DNA of 49,786 nucleotides, taken from positions 1 to 49,786 of the forward strand of contig JAHQWL010000031.1 in NCBI GenBank assembly GCA_029856155.1, in the 5' to 3' direction. Both the position numbers and the translations under genes were made by a program. The notes under the pieces were generated by a model, which ran no database searches, had not been told where the DNA came from, and worked only from the letters and a program-made list of their open reading frames with translations. Positions 26,943 through 36,842 of the stretch are shown one piece after another. Position 1 is the stretch's first letter; each line of letters starts with the position of its first letter. Source of the DNA: Promethearchaeia archaeon (lineage in GTDB: Archaea > Asgardarchaeota > Lokiarchaeia > Sigyniarchaeales > SOKP01).

Positions 26943-28154
26943 ATGGCTCTTGCTGGCGAAAAAGTTGGAATTCCTTCCGCAGATGAGGCGCCTATGATTG
27001 TTATGGCACGTTATAAACAACCTCTTGCGGGAATTTTATCAATATTAATAGTATTTATAATAAGTTGGATAACATGGTTAATATTCTTCGATCCACGTTG
27101 GCATAATCCTTATCCTACCCATGAAATGGAAATTACTGCGTGGGCAACTGTAATTGGTGGTTTTGGTCTAATAGGAGTAGTTTGGGCAATCTGGTTTGAA
27201 AATTGGCCTTATTATGGTTGGTTTCGTACTCCATGGAAAGTAGGACTTGTAGGAACAGCTATTAATTTTGTGATTATATTGATTTTCACACTTATACTTC
27301 TACCATTATTTAATTCATTTTATGGAAGTCAAATTACAGATCCATATATAGCATGGTTCGTTGGTGCCTCAATTTTTGGAGCATTAAGTGGCTCCTGTTT
27401 TTCTTTTGCCGTTCTTTGGGTTGCTGGTACTATGTATTGGCCTTTTTTTAAAATTAAACAACCAAAACGGGGAATTATTGTTTGGATTATAGGGACAGTA
27501 ATAATGTTAGTGGTTTGGTTTTTAATATTCTTTCCTGCAGGCGAACGTACAGCTACATCTGAAGCTAGCGCTGTTAAACCTATTACTTTCTTTCCAAGTT
27601 ATGCATTTTCCTTGGGGTGGACACAGTGGATAATATTCTTCTCGTTATTGACGATGATGGTTTTCGAATACTGGCCGTGGAATAAATTAGGTAGGAAACA
27701 ACCTTTTATGGGTATTATAGCATTCATATCTTGTGTATTATTGGGTTTATTAGTTTCATACTTTTTCCCATATATCGCTCAAAATATCTTTGATCCTTTC
27801 TTTGTTGCGATTGGAGGAACACCACCCGATGCGGTAACTAGACTTAAAGGTTGGTATATGATGAGTATTACTTATGCTATTTTTCTCATATGTGCTGTTG
27901 TGTTAGTATCATTATTTTTTGACAATTGGCCAAAAAGATTTCCTCAATGGCAAAATTTTCTATTTAGGTTTCTGTTGGTCATTGGAATCGGTACTTTGAC
28001 ATTTTTTGGTTATTATCTCTTATCTCCAATTCTATTTGGAGATACAACAGATTATTGGCGAATGAATCCTACTCCCTTTACTTTATGGTTTCTTTGGATT
28101 GAAATTTTGTTTGCCTATGTTTGGAGGAAATGGCCAATTTATAGAGCAGTATAG
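26943..28154 (+). CDS. Trp-rich multi-pass membrane protein with internal xxWP repeats (putative transporter)
   Basis: About 10-11 TM helices, with repeated FENWP, TMYWP, FEYWP, FDNWP and WRKWP. First gene of a three-gene operon. Confidence 0.65.
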   Translation: MALAGEKVGIPSADEAPMIVMARYKQPLAGILSILIVFIISWITWLIFFDPRWHNPYPTHEMEITAWATVIGGFGLIGVVWAIWFENWPYYGWFRTPWKVGLVGTAINFVIILIFTLILLPLFNSFYGSQITDPYIAWFVGASIFGALSGSCFSFAVLWVAGTMYWPFFKIKQPKRGIIVWIIGTVIMLVVWFLIFFPAGERTATSEASAVKPITFFPSYAFSLGWTQWIIFFSLLTMMVFEYWPWNKLGRKQPFMGIIAFISCVLLGLLVSYFFPYIAQNIFDPFFVAIGGTPPDAVTRLKGWYMMSITYAIFLICAVVLVSLFFDNWPKRFPQWQNFLFRFLLVIGIGTLTFFGYYLLSPILFGDTTDYWRMNPTPFTLWFLWIEILFAYVWRKWPIYRAV

Positions 28155-28167
28155 GTGAACTTACAAA

Positions 28168-29718
28168 TTGTTTAAAGCAGGAGATTATTCAATTTCGAAT
28201 GATTTCTCATGGATAGGAGATTGGGCAAAGCGTCGTGCACTTTTAACTCCCAATCGGGAAGCATTATTCGATAATATCGAGAAAAAATTATATACTTACA
28301 AGGATCTTAACTTACGAGCGAATAAATTAGCTCGTTTATTATTAAATGAGGGGGTTTCGAAGGGAGATCGCGTCGCCATGTTTTCTACCAACAGAATCGA
28401 GTGTGTAGATCTTTTTTTAGCGACTGGAAAAATAGGAGCTGTACTTGTTCCGTTTAATGTAAGACTCTCAATACAAGAATTGGAATATTTAATTAATAAG
28501 ACTGGTCCTTCAATTTTTTTTTATGAGACTAAATTAATAGAATCAGTTTCAAAGTTAAAAGAAAATTCATTGATAAAAAAAAATATAATTTTTGGAACCG
28601 AATCAGTACTAAATGATCCCACAACAAAGGATTTAACAAAATCTATATCAGATTCAGAAGTTAATCGTCCTGTTTTAAATTTTGAAGATCCTCACCTTAT
28701 TTTATTTACAGGGGGGACAACTGGCTTACCTAAAGGAGCTGTACTCTCTCATAGACTAATATTTTGGAATTCTATAAATACTATCCTCTCATGGAATTTA
28801 AAACCTGATGACGTTCAACCATTATTATTTCCACTATTCCATACTGGGGGATGGAATGTCTTGCTTGTTCCATTTTATCATCAAGGAGCAAAAACAATTT
28901 TAATGGGAGATTTTAATCCCGAAGAGACTATTCGCATCATAGAAGAAGAAAACTGTACAATTGTAATAGGGGTTCCTACAATGTTCCATATGATGGCAAA
29001 TTCTCCATTATTCGAAAAGACTAAATTTGAATCTGTAAGAATTTTCATATCTGGAGGGGCACCTTGTCCTGTTGCAATAATGGAAAATTATTGGGCTAAA
29101 AATAAACATTTCAAAATGGGATATGGTTTAACAGAGGTAGGGCCAAACAATTTCTATTTACCTGAAGGCTATATTAAAGACAAGCCGACATCAGTAGGTT
29201 TACCTGTCTTACATTGTGATATGAAAATAATTAACACGAAAACAGATGAAATTGTTAAACAAGGGGAAGTAGGCGAATTACTTCTTAAAGGACCCCATAT
29301 TTTTTCTGGATACTGGGATGAACCGGAAGATACAAAAAAGACCATTGAACCTGATGGATGGGTACATACAGGAGATCTGGCTATGCAAGATGATGACGGG
29401 TTTTACTATATCGTAGGTCGCAGGAAAGAAATGTATATTAGTGGAGGGGAAAACGTATATCCCGTTGAAATTGAGGAGATATTATTCAAGCATCCTGCAA
29501 TTGATTTAGCGGCTGTCATTGGAGTACCTGATGAAAAATGGGGTGAAGTCGGTAAAGCAATCTTAACTCTAAAATCAGGAAAATCCTTAGACTTGGATGA
29601 AATACGTAATTATTTAAAAGAAAGGTTAGCAAAATATAAAATTCCAAGATATTTTGAAATCCGAGATTCTCTCCCAACTAGCGCTACGGGAAAAATTTTA
29701 AAACGAGAATTGAAATAG
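28168..29718 (+). CDS. Acyl-CoA synthetase (AMP-forming, long-chain-fatty-acid--CoA ligase-like)
   Basis: LFTGGTTGLPKG, PLFHTGG, GYGLTE, HTGDLA, ISGGENVYP and ATGKILK. Confidence 0.93.
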   Translation: MFKAGDYSISNDFSWIGDWAKRRALLTPNREALFDNIEKKLYTYKDLNLRANKLARLLLNEGVSKGDRVAMFSTNRIECVDLFLATGKIGAVLVPFNVRLSIQELEYLINKTGPSIFFYETKLIESVSKLKENSLIKKNIIFGTESVLNDPTTKDLTKSISDSEVNRPVLNFEDPHLILFTGGTTGLPKGAVLSHRLIFWNSINTILSWNLKPDDVQPLLFPLFHTGGWNVLLVPFYHQGAKTILMGDFNPEETIRIIEEENCTIVIGVPTMFHMMANSPLFEKTKFESVRIFISGGAPCPVAIMENYWAKNKHFKMGYGLTEVGPNNFYLPEGYIKDKPTSVGLPVLHCDMKIINTKTDEIVKQGEVGELLLKGPHIFSGYWDEPEDTKKTIEPDGWVHTGDLAMQDDDGFYYIVGRRKEMYISGGENVYPVEIEEILFKHPAIDLAAVIGVPDEKWGEVGKAILTLKSGKSLDLDEIRNYLKERLAKYKIPRYFEIRDSLPTSATGKILKRELK

Positions 29719-29729
29719 GTGAATCTTAG

Positions 29730-30758
29730 TTGGAATATCGTATTGTAGGTTTAGAATCATGGGGGGTTTACATTCCTAAAGAGAGACATACAAGTGAATA
29801 TATCTCAAAAGAAACTGGAATTCCAAAAAACATTATTGAAGAAAAATTTGGACTTTTAGGAAAGACAGTTCCTGGACCAGATGATCATACAGTTCAAATG
29901 GGAGCAAATGCAAGTCTTCAAGCCCTTGAAAGAGCAGGAATAACATCTGAGGATTTAGATATAATTATTTGGGCAGGAGAAGTCTATGCTGAACGACCGA
30001 TGGTAGTAAATGGCATAAAGCTTCAACAATTATTAGGAAATCCAATGAATTCATGGGCTTTTGATGTTAATCAGAGATGCGGAACTTTTTTAGTAGGAAT
30101 GTTGATTGCCAAAAGTTTGATACAAACGAACCCAAATATAAATAGAGTATTAGTAGCAAGTGGTTATAGGAATTGTGATTTGATAAATTATAAAAATCAG
30201 AGATCTAGATTCATGATTAGTTTAGCTGCTAGTGGTGTGGCAGCAGTTATTCGTGCAGATTATAAAAAAAACGAGATTTTAGGTATTAGTGCGATTTCAG
30301 ATGGTAGATTTGCTGATGATGTTTTCGTTCCCGCAGGAGGTACAATTCAACCTATTACAGCAAAAGCATTGGAAGATGGATTAAATTATTTGGATGTTCC
30401 TGATCCCGAAGGTTTGAAGGATAGATTAGATAAATATTCTATGGATTCATTTGTAAAGGTAATTGATAATGTATTAAAACAATCTGGACTTCTACGTGAA
30501 GATATAGGCTATTTAGCTTTATTACATATGAAACGCAGTGCCTTTGAGTATGTGGCTAAAACCGTAGGTGTGGACCCATATTCTCAATCAACCTATTTTG
30601 AAGATATCGGTCATAATGGACAGAATGATAGTATAATTTCAATTGAGTATGGAATTAGAGATGGAAAAATCAAAAATGGGGATATAGTTGTAATGGTGTC
30701 AGCGGGGATAGGATGGGCATGGAACGCTGGAGTTATTAGGTGGGGGCTCTCGGACTAG
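29730..30758 (+). CDS. 3-oxoacyl-ACP synthase III (FabH/KAS III)-like condensing enzyme
   Basis: GVYIP, catalytic Cys in FDVNQRCG, LLHMK, IGHNG and SAGIGWAW. Confidence 0.85.
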   Translation: MEYRIVGLESWGVYIPKERHTSEYISKETGIPKNIIEEKFGLLGKTVPGPDDHTVQMGANASLQALERAGITSEDLDIIIWAGEVYAERPMVVNGIKLQQLLGNPMNSWAFDVNQRCGTFLVGMLIAKSLIQTNPNINRVLVASGYRNCDLINYKNQRSRFMISLAASGVAAVIRADYKKNEILGISAISDGRFADDVFVPAGGTIQPITAKALEDGLNYLDVPDPEGLKDRLDKYSMDSFVKVIDNVLKQSGLLREDIGYLALLHMKRSAFEYVAKTVGVDPYSQSTYFEDIGHNGQNDSIISIEYGIRDGKIKNGDIVVMVSAGIGWAWNAGVIRWGLSD

Positions 30759-30780
30759 AGTTATTCTTTTATTATAATTC

Positions 30781-31560
30781 TTACTCTTTATTCCAAAAAG
30801 ATAGTACAAGGTTATTAAATTCCTTAGGGTGATCAAATATTGTTAAATGTCCCGCTTCTGGGATTATTACTAATTCAGATTTAGGTAACCACTCATGTAT
30901 CATTTCACTTGCCCACACAGGAGTGGTGATATCTTTTTTTCCCACAAGAACTAAAACAGGTATATTAAGATTTTTCAAGTTTTCACAAATATTAAAACCT
31001 GCTGAAGCCGCTGTAGCTTGTAAGCAAAGCTTCTTTGTCATATGATCTGTAACTAACTTAGCAACATATTGAGCAATTTCTTCATTATAAGGAATTAAAC
31101 CCCTGATACTAATTCCCAAAGCGAATTTCTCCAATTTGCTACTATTAATCCGTCCCAAAACATCTGTGATTGCTTCTTGACTAATGAAACAGAAACTATC
31201 TGCTACTACCATTTTTTTAACATGGGAAGGATTCTCGAGACCATATACTAGAGCAATCATACCCCCCAATGAATGCCCTACTAAATAAAGCTCATTCTTC
31301 CAACCTAAATGTTGTAATAGAGCGAACATATCATCAACATAATTACGGATTGTAAAGCGCTCCTTTGGTTTAGTAGTTCTTCCATGACCCCGTAGATCAA
31401 ACCTGAGTATATTAAATTCTGATTCTAATTCATGGAGTTGGAATTTCCATGTATCACTATTCAGAAAAAGTCCATGAATTAGAACCATCTTAGGACCTTT
31501 ATTATTTCCACTAATTTCATAATAAATTTCAAAATTTTTCTCAGGTGAAAAAGTTGGCAT
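30781..31560 (-). CDS. Alpha/beta fold hydrolase
   Basis: LIHG, DLRGHG, nucleophile elbow GHSLGG, GKKD and AGH (Ser-Asp-His triad). Confidence 0.92.
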   Translation of the reverse strand: MPTFSPEKNFEIYYEISGNNKGPKMVLIHGLFLNSDTWKFQLHELESEFNILRFDLRGHGRTTKPKERFTIRNYVDDMFALLQHLGWKNELYLVGHSLGGMIALVYGLENPSHVKKMVVADSFCFISQEAITDVLGRINSSKLEKFALGISIRGLIPYNEEIAQYVAKLVTDHMTKKLCLQATAASAGFNICENLKNLNIPVLVLVGKKDITTPVWASEMIHEWLPKSELVIIPEAGHLTIFDHPKEFNNLVLSFWNKE

Positions 31561-31755
31561 AATTCTCCTTTTTATTTTTAACTAATTAAGTATATTGATT
31601 GAATGTTATTATTTGTAAACAATTTTTTAGTATAATCAAATTTGAATCTTTAATTCGAAATGATAAAACTAAGCTTTTAGTAATATTTATATAATCAACT
31701 AATAAATAATAACTTAATTTAAAATCATATTATAAAAAAAAAAGAAGGGTTAATA

Positions 31756-32622
31756 ATGAAAAAAGGAAAAATTTTATTATCTTTTCTAATAATATTCAGT
31801 TTTACTTTAGCAATTACTCAATCTGCTACTCCCCAAGTCGGAACTTACACTTTCTCTGGAGCACCTGGAAATCAAAAAATCTTAAAAGTCACAACAGTTA
31901 ATAGTACTAGTCTTACAGCCTTGTTCGGTGCCAACTGGGATGATATACTTCAAGAATTCTTTGGATTAGGATGTCACCAGTTAGGAGCGAGGTTGAAATC
32001 TGTTGTTGTTTCTGTGAATACAAGTGCTAAATTCGACACAAGTACCTTGTTTCTAGCGCTTGGAGTATTAGATGTGGCGGTTTATGTGACTAATAGTTGG
32101 AATTGGACTACGGGAAGTTTTGCTAATACTCCTGATAGTTATAATCAAACAGTTATGTCTTTTTATGATCCTGACGAATTAACTGCATTTGTTCAAGCTT
32201 TCTATGCAACCTGGTACTTAATGTCAGTTAATGTGTCAATACAAAATGCTGGTGCTTATTTTGCACAGCTTCCTACACCAGTACCTCAATATTTAGGAGC
32301 AATAGTCTGGGAAGACAAATGGGAAAATATAGGAAATACGGTAACTCATCATGCGGAAGTAGGAGATTTTTTAGTTAATTATCTTACCTTAGACTTTTAT
32401 GCCTATTTAGAGAACTGTACAGAAACCTGGACTTATGATACAACTTATGGTGCTTGGATTGGGTATAATATTAAGGATAATGAAGGTAATGTAATATATG
32501 AATTTTCGATAGAATTACCTAGTGGAGCCGAAATTGCGGGATATGAACTTCTAATAGTTATTGGTGTTGCGAGTATTGGAATAATTAGCTTAATTTTCAT
32601 TGTTATGAAAAAGAAACGATAA
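31756..32622 (+). CDS. Secreted/surface glycoprotein with C-terminal sorting tail
   Basis: Signal peptide, several N-x-S/T sequons, and an IAGY-TM-KKKR tail. Confidence 0.75.
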   Translation: MKKGKILLSFLIIFSFTLAITQSATPQVGTYTFSGAPGNQKILKVTTVNSTSLTALFGANWDDILQEFFGLGCHQLGARLKSVVVSVNTSAKFDTSTLFLALGVLDVAVYVTNSWNWTTGSFANTPDSYNQTVMSFYDPDELTAFVQAFYATWYLMSVNVSIQNAGAYFAQLPTPVPQYLGAIVWEDKWENIGNTVTHHAEVGDFLVNYLTLDFYAYLENCTETWTYDTTYGAWIGYNIKDNEGNVIYEFSIELPSGAEIAGYELLIVIGVASIGIISLIFIVMKKKR

Positions 32623-32763
32623 ACTCTATTTTTAAAATAAATAATTTTTTTTTATTTAATCTTTAATTCTTAATCTTATTTTTAATGATATTTTAAAATA
32701 CTAATTTAATAGTTGTTATACCTTAATTATAATAATATTAAAGTAATATTGGAGTTTTGAAAA

Positions 32764-33282
32764 ATGAGTAGTGAAAATGAATTTATTGAAAAAAAATCAT
32801 TAGGTTTTGAACAAGGCAGCATTAGCCTTAGAATTGCTTTAATAGCTATTACTGCAGCATTATATACCGCTTTAGGTTATATTTTCCAGCCAATAAGTTT
32901 TTTGGAATTCCAATTCCGCGTAGCTGAACTAATAGTAGGGATGTGTATCATTTTCCCCTTTGAAGGATTAGTTGGGAATGTTTTAGGAGTGTTCTTTGTT
33001 AATTTGACTTCTCCTTTAGGTCCCATTGATTTAATCAGTTGTTTTGTAAATATCCCTGCATTATATTGTATTATATTTTTTAAAAATAAAGGATTTTTGA
33101 AATATTTAGGCGGTTTATTATATGCCATTATCATCTCGCTATATGTAGCAATAATTTTATATATTGTTCTTAGTTTGCCTATTTGGATAAACTTTATTTA
33201 TGTTCTAATTCCAGAGTTAATTTTAGCGACAATTGGAATAGCTTTATTTGAGATTGTTAAAAGTAGATTTAAAATAGAATAA
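32764..33282 (+). CDS. queT: QueT family ECF S component (7-deazaguanine precursor transporter)
   Basis: TAALYTAL...PISF..FQFRVAE...G...G.F.VNL.SPLGPID; about 5 TM helices. Confidence 0.8.
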   Translation: MSSENEFIEKKSLGFEQGSISLRIALIAITAALYTALGYIFQPISFLEFQFRVAELIVGMCIIFPFEGLVGNVLGVFFVNLTSPLGPIDLISCFVNIPALYCIIFFKNKGFLKYLGGLLYAIIISLYVAIILYIVLSLPIWINFIYVLIPELILATIGIALFEIVKSRFKIE

Positions 33283-33394
33283 AATATAAATTTAATTTTA
33301 AGCTCAAATATTTCTTATAAAATTTTCATTTGTATAAGAAAGTCTAGATCATTTTCATAAAATAATTATAATATTAAGATAAAGGGGGGAATTT

Positions 33395-34642
33395 ATGGAA
33401 GAAAACACTAAATGGTTTAATGAAAGATGGTGGATATCACCTTTAAATTATATTGATAAGGTAAAAAATTCTTTTAATCTTCCTGAAAGGGTTTATGTGA
33501 GGGATTCCACTATTCGAGAAGGAGAAGAAACTCCAGGTGTATATTATACTTTAGATCAAAAGATTAACATAGTAGAAAAATTAGAAGAGTTAGGTGTTGA
33601 GCATATAGATTGTGGTTATATAGGTCAAGTTCAAGATCAATGGGATTTAGCTAACCAGATTAAAGAATTAGGTCTTAAATTAAATACTTATTCTCATTTA
33701 AGTTCAAATCCTTCACGTTGGAATGATGAAATCAAAAAATCTTTAGAAGCCAAGCTTGATTATATTGGATTTGGTATTGTTTTAACAAAGTGGCAACTTG
33801 AGTTATTCACTAAAGATCAAAATATAACACCCGAAGTTATGATTAGTTTAATCCCTTCTGTTTTAAAAAGGATTAAACGATTTGGTGGGAAAGCTATCTT
33901 GGACTGCGTAGATGCTACCCGTTCTGAATTACATATTCTGGAAAAAGCAATCGAGAAAGGTATTAAATTTGGCGCCAAAATGATAATGCTTTATGATACG
34001 GTGGGTGCTTGTAATGTACCGGCAATTTCGTATATGATAAAACAATTAAAACCTATAACTAGAGATATCCCAATTGGAATTCATATTCATGATGATTTTG
34101 GATTAGGCACGGCAGCAACAGTCGCTGCTATAGAGCAGGGCGCAACTTACATGGATTTAGTTGTTAATAAATTAGGAGACCGAGCAGGGAATTCATCCTT
34201 AGAAGAAGTTGTTGTAGCTTTAGAAATGCTATACGGCGTTGATACAGGAATCACCCTTTCGAAACTTTATAATTTGAGTAAATATGTAGAAAAAGTATCT
34301 GGTGTTCCATTACCATATAATAAACCAGTAGTAGGTAGAAATACATTCTTACATGAGAGTGAACTTCATGTTATGAGCGCTTTAGAAAAAGAGAAATTTT
34401 GGATGTGTTTCACCCCTTACAGACCAGAAGTAGTGGGGCAAGAAGAACAAATTATTTTTGGTCCCACAACACTACATGGAGACGCTATTAAAATGAAATG
34501 CGAACACATGGGAATTCATAATTACGATGATTATTTTGATAAAATCTTAGAAAAAGTCCATTCAATTATTTCTGAAAAGAAATTAATTACAGAAAGAGAA
34601 TTAGAAGATCTAATCAAGAAAATAGTATATACTAAGAGGTAA
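33395..34642 (+). CDS. Homocitrate/isopropylmalate synthase family enzyme (DRE-TIM), no C-terminal regulatory domain
   Basis: RDSTIREGEETPG, DTVG, HIHDDFGLG, GDRAGN, KPVVG and HES. Confidence 0.85.
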   Translation: MEENTKWFNERWWISPLNYIDKVKNSFNLPERVYVRDSTIREGEETPGVYYTLDQKINIVEKLEELGVEHIDCGYIGQVQDQWDLANQIKELGLKLNTYSHLSSNPSRWNDEIKKSLEAKLDYIGFGIVLTKWQLELFTKDQNITPEVMISLIPSVLKRIKRFGGKAILDCVDATRSELHILEKAIEKGIKFGAKMIMLYDTVGACNVPAISYMIKQLKPITRDIPIGIHIHDDFGLGTAATVAAIEQGATYMDLVVNKLGDRAGNSSLEEVVVALEMLYGVDTGITLSKLYNLSKYVEKVSGVPLPYNKPVVGRNTFLHESELHVMSALEKEKFWMCFTPYRPEVVGQEEQIIFGPTTLHGDAIKMKCEHMGIHNYDDYFDKILEKVHSIISEKKLITERELEDLIKKIVYTKR

Positions 34643-34648
34643 TTTGAT

Positions 34649-35950
34649 ATCAAGGAGAATGATGTCCAAGTTATTTTAAAACTAATTGCTAAATTTATTA
34701 GAAAAGAATCTAGTATTTTACCTGTCGAATTACGTAAAAATTCAGTAGTTGTTCATTATTACAATGAGATTATTCGATTTTGGAACAAAATAAATTTCAT
34801 AACTAAAAGAAATCTTAAGAAAATTGTTTTTTTAGAAACCAATGAATTACCTAAATATCTATATGCTACTTATAGAATGTTATGGGAAAAAGCTTCTGAG
34901 AAAACAATCACCAAGGAATTAAAAGTAATTGACAAAAAATTTCTAAAAAGAGTCAGGATATTTTCTTGGAAAGAAGTACTTAATAATAAAAATGAGTTAG
35001 AAAAATTTAGTATAACAGAAGCAATCCCTAGCTTTATGATTGAACGGTTGCGTCCTGTAATGAATATTGAAGTTCTAAGAAATAATGTTAGATTTATGAA
35101 CGGATTGGAAAAAAAAATTAACACTACATTGCGTATTAACAAACTTTGTGTAAAACCAAATTACGAGGCTTTACCAATACGAATCAGAGAGAATTTTAAG
35201 AAAAATAAAATAGATTTTCGAGAAGATTCTGATATTCCAGAATTATTTTGGATACCCTATACACAAAAAAATAAAGTTATTAGAAATTCTTATTACCAAA
35301 ATGGTAGTCTAATTTTGCAAGATAAAGCATCAGTAGCAGTTATTCAAGTATTAGCACCTAAAAAAGAAGATAAAATATGTGATATGTGTGCTGCACCTGG
35401 AATAAAAACAAGTCTAATTGCTCAATATATGAATAATAAAGGGCATATTATAGCGGGTGAATTTCTTACTGAAAGGGTAAATATGATGGCTTTATTACTT
35501 AAAAAATTAAATGTTTTAAATGTACACACACTAAACACTGATAGTATTATTTTTCCTATCCGATTTCCGAATTATTTTGATCGTATATTATTAGATGCTC
35601 CTTGTACGGGATCAGGAGCCTTTTTAGCTAGTCCAGAATTAAAATGGCGGCAAAATCGAGAATTTCTACATCAAAATATTATTATACAAAAGAAATTGAT
35701 CGAGAATGCGATAAAAATATTAAAACCTGGTGGGATTTTAGTATATTCTACTTGTAGTCTTTACGCAGAGGAGGGAGAATTCCAAATTTTAGATTTTATA
35801 GATTATTTAGAACCTTTAGATTTACCTAATTGGTTTTCTCCAAGTTATAAAGTTGAAGATAATACAATACCTGGTACAGGTAGATTATTTCCATCACTGC
35901 ATCATACTCAAGGTTTTTTTATAGGAAAGTTCAAAAAAAAGGAAATATGA
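34649..35950 (+). CDS. RsmB/NOP2 (NOL1/Sun) RNA m5C methyltransferase
   Basis: TLRIN, LQDKAS, DMCAAPGIKT, LLDAPCTGSG, VYSTCS and GFFIGK. The frame is open from 34643, and the ATG at 34877 is probably internal. Confidence 0.88.
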   Translation: MKENDVQVILKLIAKFIRKESSILPVELRKNSVVVHYYNEIIRFWNKINFITKRNLKKIVFLETNELPKYLYATYRMLWEKASEKTITKELKVIDKKFLKRVRIFSWKEVLNNKNELEKFSITEAIPSFMIERLRPVMNIEVLRNNVRFMNGLEKKINTTLRINKLCVKPNYEALPIRIRENFKKNKIDFREDSDIPELFWIPYTQKNKVIRNSYYQNGSLILQDKASVAVIQVLAPKKEDKICDMCAAPGIKTSLIAQYMNNKGHIIAGEFLTERVNMMALLLKKLNVLNVHTLNTDSIIFPIRFPNYFDRILLDAPCTGSGAFLASPELKWRQNREFLHQNIIIQKKLIENAIKILKPGGILVYSTCSLYAEEGEFQILDFIDYLEPLDLPNWFSPSYKVEDNTIPGTGRLFPSLHHTQGFFIGKFKKKEI

Positions 35951-35968
35951 CAATATTCATTCTAATTA

Positions 35969-36811
35969 TTGATAGAATTAGAGGATTTTATGATGGAAGA
36001 TACACCTAGAAAATATATGACAATTGGTGAGATAGATGCAACCGGAGTAAGAGGTCCACATGAAAAAGAGTTAGCAGATATAAGTAATGCAAAACATCAT
36101 TTATTTATTAACTTAGAAATGGATAAGTTAAAAGAGATTGTAGAGGAAGTTATTGGAGCTAAAATTGAAAATATCGGTTTTAATGAAGATTGGACGATAA
36201 CTATTGAAATGTTTCCAGAAGTAAATATTCACATGGCTTATTCGTATTTTGGAGATGAATTCGGTGAAGGGATTGAAGCAGAATTCAAATTTTTCTTTTC
36301 GGGCAAGCGAGTTTTTTGGGTACCTGGAGAAGATAGCGCAACGTTTATAGATATAATCATGAATATTATCGAAAGAAAAATAAAGGGACAAGAACCTTAT
36401 GAAAAAAAGTATGAGGAAAAAACAGATTTAATGGAAAAAGTTTTACTGCAAAGAAAAGAACCATTTATTCTTCTCAAAGATGCTGATAGAGAGGAATTAG
36501 CTAGATTTCTTGGAGCAAAAGTATGGATAACTGAGACTGGATGGAGAATAAAAAAAGAATTTTTCCCAGAAATTTTCATAGAAATTATTTGGGATGCACA
36601 AAATCATTTAGATATTAAATTTTCAGGCACTAACCTCTCTAAAAATATTGATAGTTATCATGTGGAATTTATTGGTATATTTTTGATAAATCATATCCTT
36701 AGGTTTATTACTGTTAGTAATATTGATAAGGATCTACCTGATATTTGCTATATTATGTTCTCACGATACTATACTAAAAATATTGGAAAGTGGAATCATA
36801 GAGTGAGATAA
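35969..36811 (+). CDS. DUF3786-like protein (two tandem domains)
   Basis: Repeated unit WTITIEMFPEVNIHM..GDEF / WRIKKEFFPEIFIEIIWD. Confidence 0.55.
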   Translation: MIELEDFMMEDTPRKYMTIGEIDATGVRGPHEKELADISNAKHHLFINLEMDKLKEIVEEVIGAKIENIGFNEDWTITIEMFPEVNIHMAYSYFGDEFGEGIEAEFKFFFSGKRVFWVPGEDSATFIDIIMNIIERKIKGQEPYEKKYEEKTDLMEKVLLQRKEPFILLKDADREELARFLGAKVWITETGWRIKKEFFPEIFIEIIWDAQNHLDIKFSGTNLSKNIDSYHVEFIGIFLINHILRFITVSNIDKDLPDICYIMFSRYYTKNIGKWNHRVR

Positions 36812-36842
36812 AATTTAAAAAAGATATGATTGGCAATATAAA

